Positions 10,115 through 17,526 of a stretch of 44,975 nt of DNA are shown in pieces. The stretch lies in the NCBI GenBank assembly GCA_016203395.1, contig JACQMV010000008.1, positions 1 through 44,975 on the forward strand, in the 5' to 3' direction. Within the stretch, counting starts at the first letter, position 1, and each line of letters opens with the position of its first letter. The translations under genes were made by a program, and so were the position numbers. Source of the stretch: Candidatus Woesearchaeota archaeon (GTDB lineage Archaea; Nanobdellota; Nanobdellia; Woesearchaeales; ARS49). The notes below the pieces were generated by a model that did not search any database, had not been told where the DNA came from, and saw only the letters and a program-made list of their open reading frames with translations.

Positions 10115-11585
10115 TGGTCACTCCGAGATTTTTTATTATTTTTCGTACTTCGTTTATGTTAGATACTTCGCTTGTGCTTGCAAGTAATGCCAGGTTTTTT
10201 CTTAAGCCGATGTTTGTTCCTTCTGGTGTTTCTGAAGGGCATAATCTTCCAAGATGTGTTGAGTGTAGTTCTCTTGCTTCAAAATTTTCTTGGCTTGCGG
10301 ATAATGGAGACACTATTCGCTGGATGTGGCTTAAAACATTCAGATGATTTAGTCGTTGTATTCTTTGGCTGATTCCTTTTCTTCCGCCGACCCAATTGCC
10401 TGTTGCCATTGCACTGTACACTCTGCTTGTTAATAGTTTCTCTCTTATTATGACTTTTATGCTTGGGAATTTTCCTCTTTTTACTATTCTTTGGAAATTA
10501 TAAAGCATGTCATTGATGAATACTTTAAGGTTCATTCTGAAAAGGTCTGCAAGAAGGTCTCCTGACATTTTTATTCTTTTGTTTATATAATGGTCTTTGT
10601 CATCTGTCGTTATTCTTCCTTCGGCGCATTCTATGAATTTTCTTAGGTACTTGCATAGGTTGATAGCTTTTGCTAACCGGTCTTCTTTTTTCGTTCCAAC
10701 GTGTGGCAGAAGGTATCTGTCTAACAAGTCGTTCATCCTTTCCAGTCGGACATCTTTTGCTTGTGTTATTCCTATTTTTTTTGCTACATAGTCCATTGCC
10801 TGTTCTGCGTCTTTTATGCTAGCGTATTCAAATAGGTTTATGATTAGCTTGTCATAGTGTTTTTCTTTGCATACATTTTTTACTATTACTTCATCGCTCG
10901 TCATTCCGAGGGCTTTAATTATTGGGATTATTGGTACTCTTGTTACTCTTGTGAATGAAAGGTTGAACATTCCGTCCTTGAGGCATTCTATTGTATGCGG
11001 TATTTTGTAAGGACCTTGTTCAGAGAACAGTTTTCCTGTGAATTCTGATTGTCCTTTTGTTTTCTCTACGAGGAATTTATTGGGCGCAAGATCTTCTATT
11101 GATACGAGCACCCTTTCTGTTCCATTCACTATGAAGTATCCGCCTATATCATAAGGATCTTCGCCTTTTTCTATTAGTTCTTCTTTTGATAATCCTGATA
11201 ACCGGCAGTATTTGCTTTTTAGCATTATTGGTAAGCTGCCTATTTGTGTTTGGAATGTTTCTCTTTGAATCTCGTTTACGTGGCTGCTTATTTCTATGAA
11301 TATTGGTGCTGCGTAGGATAATTGTCTCAGTCGTGCTTCTTGTGGGTATATTGGTCTTTTGCTTCCGTCTGCTTCGGTTATTTCTGGTTTTGTCACCCAT
11401 ACTTTGTCTATTTTTATTTTGAATGATTCTACATTTGTTGGTATGATTGTTGGTAAGATTTCCTTGTTTTCTTCAAAAATAGCAGGAAGCTCTTTTTCAA
11501 CGAATGTGTTAAAGCTTTCTGTATCACTTTTTACAAAGCTGTTCTCCTGAAAGTATTTCGTTATCAATAGGTTTGCTGCTTTCAT
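10107..11585 (-). CDS. rpoB2: RNA polymerase subunit B'' (Rpo2N)
   Basis: PQEARLRQLSYAAP, GGYFIVNGTERV, CPSETPEGTNIGL. Confidence 0.97.
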   Translation of the reverse strand: MKAANLLITKYFQENSFVKSDTESFNTFVEKELPAIFEENKEILPTIIPTNVESFKIKIDKVWVTKPEITEADGSKRPIYPQEARLRQLSYAAPIFIEISSHVNEIQRETFQTQIGSLPIMLKSKYCRLSGLSKEELIEKGEDPYDIGGYFIVNGTERVLVSIEDLAPNKFLVEKTKGQSEFTGKLFSEQGPYKIPHTIECLKDGMFNLSFTRVTRVPIIPIIKALGMTSDEVIVKNVCKEKHYDKLIINLFEYASIKDAEQAMDYVAKKIGITQAKDVRLERMNDLLDRYLLPHVGTKKEDRLAKAINLCKYLRKFIECAEGRITTDDKDHYINKRIKMSGDLLADLFRMNLKVFINDMLYNFQRIVKRGKFPSIKVIIREKLLTSRVYSAMATGNWVGGRKGISQRIQRLNHLNVLSHIQRIVSPLSASQENFEARELHSTHLGRLCPSETPEGTNIGLRKNLALLASTSEVSNINEVRKIIKNLGVTNG

Positions 11586-11809
11586 GCGTTCACGACTCTT
11601 CTGTAAAACATGCTTTCCAGTGCTGTCGGGCTTGTTCTGGTTACTTTCACAACATCTCCTTCTTTTGCATCTAATTTCTGAATTGCCGGATCATTCATGA
11701 ATATTCTTGGAAGGTCTTTTGTGTCTATATTGTATTTCTCAAGTAGTTCTTTCTTCTCTTTCTCACTCAGCTTCGTATGCTTCGGCACTAATGCATGTTT
11801 GTTGTCCAT
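11582..11809 (-). CDS. rpoH: RNA polymerase subunit H (Rpo5)
   Basis: HALVPKH, LPRIFMNDP, RTSPTA...YRRVV. Confidence 0.96.
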   Translation of the reverse strand: MDNKHALVPKHTKLSEKEKKELLEKYNIDTKDLPRIFMNDPAIQKLDAKEGDVVKVTRTSPTALESMFYRRVVNA

Positions 11810-11823
11810 TTTGTGTGTAAATG

Positions 11824-11911
11824 CGGGGCGGACGGGATTTTCGTCTTTTGTTTCGAACCCGCAACCATCGGATTAAAAGTCCGATGCTCTACCAGGTTGA
11901 GCTACCGCCCC
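11824..11911 (-). tRNA. tRNA-Lys(UUU) with a 14-nt intron at position 59/60 (11838-11851)
   Basis: Acceptor stem GGGGCGG/CCGCCCC; anticodon arm TCGGA-CTTTTAA-TCCGA; T arm GCGGG-TTCGAA[ACAAAAGACGAAAA]T-CCCGT. CCA is not encoded. Confidence 0.93.
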
Positions 11912-12002
11912 ACTGCCACTCATACCTTTAACAGGCAGCGAATGACAATGAACAGGGTATACGGCACTCATGGCTTGAAACTATTATAATCCTAGTATTC
12001 CC

Positions 12003-12019
12003 TTTATAAACCTTACGGA
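12003..12019 (-). promoter_or_regulatory. Putative BRE/TATA for the tRNA-Lys-rpo transcript
   Basis: Minus strand reads CCGTAAGGTTTATAAAG, similar to the GAAAGGTTT(A/T)-type elements upstream of the TA operons. Confidence 0.45.
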
Positions 12020-12109
12020 AAACCGGGCTTAAAAGTCAAAAAAGCAAATCAGGTAAGTAAGCTCACACTAATAGTCATGTGCGAAAAACCTCCGGCATTT
12101 GCTAGTCCA

Positions 12110-12200
12110 TGTCAAGATGCTGCAGGCAGATGTATGGCTCTTGCTAATTAACAAGAGTGACTTGCGTTAAGCTCACAGTCAGAGCACTAAATCCACAGGG
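12110..12200 (+). repeat. Degenerate family A fragment (A2)
   Basis: TTGCGTTAAGCTCACAGTCAGAGCAC matches TTGCGTTAGAGCTAACAGTCAGAGCGC of copies A4/A6; boundaries approximate. Confidence 0.6.
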
Positions 12201-12230
12201 CGAAACAATTAACACATTATTTGGATTATT

Positions 12231-12324
12231 CTATAGCGGAAGAAGTTAATAATCATATAAAAATAATAAATTCTTCCTCATATAGCAAACGAAACATATG
12301 CGAAAATTTACTTCGTTTGCTATA
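12231..12324 (+). repeat. Family B two-hairpin repeat, copy B1 (similarity to B4 extends to ~12362)
   Basis: CTATAGCGGAAGAAGTTA...TAAATTCTTCC-TCA-TATAGCAAACGAAA...TTCGTTTGCTATA; similar copies at 24571, 35562 and 39742. Confidence 0.92.
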
Positions 12325-12579
12325 TTTCGTATTAAGGACGAGCAGTTTCTGAGCATGTTCAATCCCAAGAAATACAATGCATTTCTGGGCACAGGAATTG
12401 TGCCGCAATTCCTTGTGAATCGCTCATCCAACGTTAGCAGGCGACTATTGACAAATCGCGCACTAACGCGGAGATTTAAACCTTGCGCGATTTCGTAATC
12501 CCTAGTAAAATCACTATCGCGTTCATAACTTGCCCTAAGGCACTTGCAGAATAAAACTAAATACGTACTGAAATAGCGG

Positions 12580-12831
12580 TTACTTATAGATATTCTTTCT
12601 ATGCCCGACTTTTAAGATTTGTATTATACCTTGTTCAATGGAAAAAATAATCCTGTAATCTCCGACTCTTAGTCTGAAATCCTCGCATCCTTTTAGTTTT
12701 TTTATGTCTTTGGAAAAGATGCTTTCAGATAATTCATCAATTTTTTTAAGAATTCTTCGCGAGATGATTGGTTCAAGTTTGTTTAGCGAATCATGCGCCT
12801 TTTCGTCCCAGAGAACCTTAAAGGCAGTCAT
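12580..12831 (-). CDS. RelE/ParE family toxin
   Basis: KKLKG...FRLRVGDYRIIF...ILKVGHRKNIY, typical of RelE. Confidence 0.9.
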   Translation of the reverse strand: MTAFKVLWDEKAHDSLNKLEPIISRRILKKIDELSESIFSKDIKKLKGCEDFRLRVGDYRIIFSIEQGIIQILKVGHRKNIYK

Positions 12832-12952
12832 TCCACCGGCGTCCTCACTATCGGTTCGTCCACCAGCTCTATTCGGCAGTCAAGAACCGCAATGCAGCAT
12901 CGTGGTTGAATTATAATGCTTTCGTCTATTGACGGGGGATTATTGACTGGCA

Positions 12953-13171
12953 TTACACTCCCGCCATTTTTTTGACTTCCTCATGAGTTACGAATTTTCC
13001 AGCTCTTATCCTCTTTCTTGCTTCTTCTATTTCGGTTTTTGTTTTTTCATTTAACTCTAAGTCATCTTCTATCATTCTTTCAATTATGTCATTATATGTT
13101 TCTCTTTCCATCATCTTCATTCTATCTAAAACCGATTTAGTATTGTCTGAAATCTGTATTGTCGTAGGCAT
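12953..13171 (-). CDS. RHH-type antitoxin
   Basis: TTIQIS...ETYNDIIERMI and GKFVTHEEVKK tail; upstream of a RelE-like toxin. Confidence 0.8.
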   Translation of the reverse strand: MPTTIQISDNTKSVLDRMKMMERETYNDIIERMIEDDLELNEKTKTEIEEARKRIRAGKFVTHEEVKKMAGV

Positions 13172-13471
13172 CTTATAACTCCTTATAACTAATCATAGAC
13201 ACCCATATTATTAAAACCTTTCGGTTTTGCGTACGTATTTAGTGTTATTGTACTTGTCTAATAGCGCGATTTTGACAAGAGAAAGTTATGTTCCCCGCAG
13301 ATAAACGTCGCGTTAAAATCACGTCAATGATACGTACTTATACGTAGAATCACTTTCACAGCCCTGGCTCACCCTCAATAACATTCATCAGCAGACTTAA
13401 TACGTACTCTGCCCGAAAGGTTTATATACTTTAAATATATATGATATTTATACCGAGTATATAAAAGCAAA

Positions 13472-13735
13472 ATGATACAAGCAATGATAGAGATTCCAAA
13501 CGAGGCAAACCAGATTTTAAACATAATCAAAGCCAGATATAACCTAAAAACCAAAAGCGAAGCTATTGCAAAAATAGTTATGGAATGCGGCGCCAACATC
13601 ATAGAACCGGAGTTGAGACCGGAGTATTTACAAAAGCTAAGAAAAATTGAAGAAGAAGGATATGGCGAAACTCTTAATTCTATCGAACAATTAAGGAAAA
13701 AGATAGAAAAGAGACAAAATGCCAGGAAAATATAA
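13472..13735 (+). CDS. DUF2683-like antitoxin
   Basis: MIQAMIEI...ILNIIKARYNLKTKSEAI...EPELRPEY; overlaps the toxin start; BRE/TATA GAAAGGTTTATATA at ~13415. Confidence 0.8.
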   Translation: MIQAMIEIPNEANQILNIIKARYNLKTKSEAIAKIVMECGANIIEPELRPEYLQKLRKIEEEGYGETLNSIEQLRKKIEKRQNARKI

Positions 13736-13994
13736 GACAAGCAAGGAATTTGACAGGATTCTTACCAAACTTCAAAAGAAAGACAAGCAGCTTTATGAAA
13801 ATCTTTTAAGCAAAATGACTGAAGTCCTGAACAATTCTGATATTGAGCATTACAAAAATTTAAGATACGATATGAAAGACTTCAAGAGGGTTCATATAGG
13901 GCATTTTGTTCTCGTCTTTAGATTCGACAAAATAAACGACACAATTTTCTTTTCGGATTTCGGTCATCACGACAACATTTACGGGAAATGCTGA
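13719..13994 (+). CDS. RelE/YafQ-like toxin
   Basis: HYKNLRYDM...RVHIGHFVLVF...DFGHHDNIY. Confidence 0.85.
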   Translation: MPGKYKTSKEFDRILTKLQKKDKQLYENLLSKMTEVLNNSDIEHYKNLRYDMKDFKRVHIGHFVLVFRFDKINDTIFFSDFGHHDNIYGKC

Positions 13995-14265
13995 GAAAAT
14001 CCTGTTTCACTGTTTCCGCAACTGTTCTCTAAGGGCTTGATATAATCGTCCAAATTGTTCAAATACTTTTCAATACTCTCTATTCTCTCCAATTTTTTGG
14101 CAGAAGGGTTCTTATCCTGTTTCGCATCCTCAAGCTTCTTGCGCAACTCACTAACATAACCCTGCATCTTGGATAACTGCTTTTGCACTTGAGAAATATC
14201 ACAAATCCATTTTTTTGCAGCTCCTGCTTATAATTATTAAAAGGAGAGTTATTATTTTCCCTCAT
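13979..14265 (-). pseudogene. Small coiled-coil gene, possibly frameshifted at an A7 run
   Basis: ORFs 14080-14265 and 13979-14188 join into one frame (…KQELQKKWICDISQVQKQLSK…) if one A is added to the run at 14210-14216. Confidence 0.35.
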
Positions 14266-14550
14266 CTAAAAAAGAGTAAGAGTGCAAGATGAGAATATCT
14301 TTCCACGCCATTGTGGCTTGATGAGTAGGTTGAAGGTATTTTGTTTTGTTGTCACACCAAGTCCTTACAATGCGCTCGCAACATGCTGCAACAAATTGTA
14401 TTGCTCAAGACAAATAAACAGTTGAGCACATTAAAGTTCACAATCAGAGCACAAGAACTGCTGATAAGTTATAACCTCATTTAAGGTAAGAATTAGCAAT
14501 GACTGCAAGACAAATGCAGAATCAGTTAAGGTATGCTCTGGCAGGAGCAA
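14266..14550 (+). repeat. Family A copy A3 (core ~14304-14460)
   Basis: GCCATTGTGGCTTGATGAGTA...TCAGAGCACAAGAACTG, followed by modules also found in A6/A7. Confidence 0.9.
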
Positions 14551-14641
14551 GTTTTGCTATAGTGGAAGACGTGAATAATTTGATAAATGTTCGTTGTTAT
14601 AGGTTCACAAAGCTTAAATAAAAAAGGGGTTTTTTGTTGTT

Positions 14642-15559
14642 ATGCTTGATGCTATTCGTTCGTGGCCATTGCAGATTAAGAATGCGTTTTCTGTTTCGCT
14701 TAAGATTTCTGGCAGTCCTCTGGTTATTGCTGGTGTAGGTGGTTCTGGAATTGCAGGAGACATTATTGTCAGTGCTGTTGATAAGCTTCCGGTATTTGTT
14801 CATAAGAGTTATGGTCTTCCTGGCTGGATAAACAGTAACACGCTTGTTTTTGTTGTTTCGTATTCTGGAGATAGTGAGGAAGCAATTAGTTCTTATAAGC
14901 AGGCAAAAATGAAGAATTGCATGCTTGTGGTTTTTGCTTCTGGTGGTAAGTTAGAGCTGATGGCAATGAATGACTCTGTTGCGTTTGTTCGTTTGCCAAA
15001 AGGGCTTTCATCAAGAACTGCACTTCCGTCTATTCTTTTCAGCATGCTTTCAGTTCTTCAGTATAATAAGATAGTTGATGTTGCGCAGGATGTGAAAACG
15101 CTTTTTTCAGTTTTGCAGAGCAATGAATGGGAATTGAAAGCAAAGGAGATTGCTGATTGGCTAAAAGGAATCCCTGTCGTATATTCTGGCTCTTTGCTTG
15201 CTGGTGCTGCTTTGAGATGGCAGCATTCTTTTAATGAAAATGCAAAAATGTTCTGCCATTATAATACGGTTCCTGAAATGACGCATAACGAAATACAGGC
15301 ACTTTCCAAAGATAGTTATATAATTCTTCTCAGGACGAAAGAAGAGGAAGGTATTAAGAAACGGTTGGATTTTGTTAAGAATTTGGCAAAAGGTTCGCGC
15401 ATTCCTCTTGTTGAGATTCACATAAATGGCAGTCATTTAGTGAGTTTATGCACTGTTTTGTATCTTGGTGATTTAGTTGGTTTTTTTGTTGCAAAAGCAA
15501 AAAATATTAATCCTCTTGATTCTTCAGTTATTCAGGAGTTGAAAAAGGCGTTAAGATGA
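14642..15559 (+). CDS. Bifunctional phosphoglucose/phosphomannose isomerase (SIS domains)
   Basis: GVGGSGIAG, SYSGDSEE, FNENAK, PEMTHNE. Confidence 0.88.
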   Translation: MLDAIRSWPLQIKNAFSVSLKISGSPLVIAGVGGSGIAGDIIVSAVDKLPVFVHKSYGLPGWINSNTLVFVVSYSGDSEEAISSYKQAKMKNCMLVVFASGGKLELMAMNDSVAFVRLPKGLSSRTALPSILFSMLSVLQYNKIVDVAQDVKTLFSVLQSNEWELKAKEIADWLKGIPVVYSGSLLAGAALRWQHSFNENAKMFCHYNTVPEMTHNEIQALSKDSYIILLRTKEEEGIKKRLDFVKNLAKGSRIPLVEIHINGSHLVSLCTVLYLGDLVGFFVAKAKNINPLDSSVIQELKKALR

Positions 15560-16353
15560 ACGAGCTTATTCATTTTGTGGAAAGTGCGGTTGGTTTTGAG
15601 CTTAATGACAAACTAAAGCTTATCCTTTTTTCTTTATCCTGTAAAAAGGCGTGTTATTGCCAGTTAAGGATTAGTGCGGATAATCTTGATGAAAAACACC
15701 ATTTTGAAAAGCATCTTAAATTGCTTGGTTTTCCTTTTATTGTTTCAAAACCAAAACCGTATGAAGAAATAGTTAAGGTGAAAAAGCACTGGCTTGTTAT
15801 GGACATTAAAGGGATTTGGTATGGCTATGATGTTTTTCAGGATGATGGCGCAAAAAGGGCTTTTTTGAGGTATAAGCAGTTGCTGAAAAAAGGGCGGATT
15901 TCTTTAGCAGATCGTATTGGCGGAGGGCTTTACGGTTATCCTGTTTGTTGTACGAAAGCGTTTATTCATGGTAAGGCGGTTTTTTCTCCAAAAACAGCTT
16001 TTGTTGTTCATGGGCTATGTTCAGTGAATTGTCCTGCTTCCAAAAAGCAGAACCAAAAGAATATTTCTCTAATAAGAAAAAATGCTCCCGGATTTTACAG
16101 GGAATTTTCTAAACACCTTGTTGTTAATGCAGAGGTGGTTGTGGTTGAGAAGCTTCCTGAGAATGATTATGTTGCTTGCCTGAAAAGGATTAATGGAAAA
16201 TACGTATTGTTTCCTCTTGATGTTCGTCTTTATCCTGTTGGAACTGTACTTAAAGGTGTGTTAAGGACTAGATACAATCATGCTTCTTTTCGTCCTGAAC
16301 GGGCGTTTTTGCGCAGGATTCTTATAACCCGGCATTTGAGAGGTAGAATATGA
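15556..16353 (+). CDS. Hypothetical protein with a Cys/His cluster (DUF483-like GYPxCC)
   Basis: LYGYPVCC...HGLCSVNCPAS; ATGA-coupled to both neighbours. Confidence 0.65.
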   Translation: MNELIHFVESAVGFELNDKLKLILFSLSCKKACYCQLRISADNLDEKHHFEKHLKLLGFPFIVSKPKPYEEIVKVKKHWLVMDIKGIWYGYDVFQDDGAKRAFLRYKQLLKKGRISLADRIGGGLYGYPVCCTKAFIHGKAVFSPKTAFVVHGLCSVNCPASKKQNQKNISLIRKNAPGFYREFSKHLVVNAEVVVVEKLPENDYVACLKRINGKYVLFPLDVRLYPVGTVLKGVLRTRYNHASFRPERAFLRRILITRHLRGRI

Positions 16354-17036
16354 AGCTCGTGTTTGATGCAGGTCCGATTATTAGTCTGACTACAAATAAT
16401 CTTTTGTGGATTTTGCGGGATTTGAAAAAGCTGTTTGATGGTGATTTTTGCATTACTAAAGGAGTGCGTTATGAGCTTGTTGAAAAGCCATTGCTTACAA
16501 AGAAATTCAAGTTTGAAGCATTTCAGGTTGAAAAGCTCATTGAAGAAAGAGTTCTCAATGTGGAAACTCCTGATGTTTTATTCAGCCAGAATCTGGCAAA
16601 TATTGCGAACTCTTGTTTTTTTGCTCAGGGACATCCATTGAAGATTGTGCAGAATGGAGAAATGGAGACTCTTGCTTTTGCATTGAGAACTAACAAAATT
16701 GCTGTTGTTGACGAACGGATTACTCCTATGCTTGTTGAGGATCCTGAGCGTCTTGTCAAAATTCTTGAGAACAGGTTTCATTTTAGGATTTTTGCTGACA
16801 AAAAGGTATTGCAGCAGTTGCGTGGCTTGCTTTCAAGTCTTAAAATAATCCGGAGTGTTGAGCTTGTTGCCGTTGCTTTTGAAAAAGGAATTCTTGATGG
16901 CTATATTGTTGGCTTGCCTCACGCGAAAGAAGAGCTTCTTGATTCATTGCTGTGGGGTGTTAAGCTTCAGGGCTGTTCTGTTTCCGAGGAGGAAATAAAG
17001 AACATTGAATCTCGCGTTCTGAGTCAACACAAATAA
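16350..17036 (+). CDS. PIN-like domain protein
   Basis: LVFDAGPIISL, V.YELV, QNGEMETL, VVDER acidic PIN pattern. Confidence 0.7.
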   Translation: MKLVFDAGPIISLTTNNLLWILRDLKKLFDGDFCITKGVRYELVEKPLLTKKFKFEAFQVEKLIEERVLNVETPDVLFSQNLANIANSCFFAQGHPLKIVQNGEMETLAFALRTNKIAVVDERITPMLVEDPERLVKILENRFHFRIFADKKVLQQLRGLLSSLKIIRSVELVAVAFEKGILDGYIVGLPHAKEELLDSLLWGVKLQGCSVSEEEIKNIESRVLSQHK

Positions 17037-17049
17037 GCACTTGATTAAA

Positions 17050-17430
17050 AGACTGCACATTTCTTTCCGTGCTCTGCTAAAAATACTCTGATTATGTGAG
17101 TTAATATTTGCCTTGTAACAACTGCTAATACTGATTAAGGGGAATGTTGTTATTTTTCCACAGCCGCTAATAATAATCTTAGGGTATGGGGCTTATGCAA
17201 ATATTTTTTCGCAGCTCTGGTGGCTTGACTAGTGATTTGAATGCTTCTTGTCTTGTCGTTATACTTAGCCCTTACCTTTTGCTTGCACTGTGTTTGCAAT
17301 CATTTGCAACAGATTGCAACAAATGGTATTGCTCATGACAAATAATACACCGCATTGCGTTAGAGCTAACAGTCAGAGCGCATGACCTGTTGATAAATTG
17401 TGACCTCATTTAAGATACGAATTAGAAGGT
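17050..17430 (+). repeat. Family A copy A4 (core 17212-17389)
   Basis: Several CTGCTAA...TATTT modules precede a core running CAGCTCTGGTGGCTTGACT...AGTCAGAGCGCATGACCTG. Confidence 0.88.
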
Positions 17431-17526
17431 CTGTTTTAGTAATAGCCAGTATTTCTTAATGTAGCAGTTTCATTCTATATGTTGTTTTTAATAAAAGCTT
17501 ATAGCCAAAAAGGCAGTAGGGATTGC

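Noticed and set aside
4626-11550. Long antisense ORFs over the rpo genes (e.g. 5879-6730, 7202-8125) and over the 41-45 kb gene
   Set aside because: Shadow frames with S/F/L/I-rich composition, favoured by the A-poor + strand, which makes stop codons rare.
8312-11585. Split RNA polymerase B subunit as a novelty or frameshift
   Set aside because: The B''/B' split is established in several archaeal lineages, and both genes have proper starts with overlapping junctions.
14318-14326. TTGATGAG in family A as a hammerhead core or C/D box
   Set aside because: It lacks CUGAUGA with a correctly placed GAAA and stems, has no properly spaced D box, and is absent from L1-type copies.
17154-17162. DnaA-box-like TTTTCCACA (also 41000-41008 and, reversed, 22927-22935) as a replication origin
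   Set aside because: It is part of the family A junction, varies in other copies, and is dispersed; archaea use Orc1/Cdc6 and no such gene or ORB is visible here.
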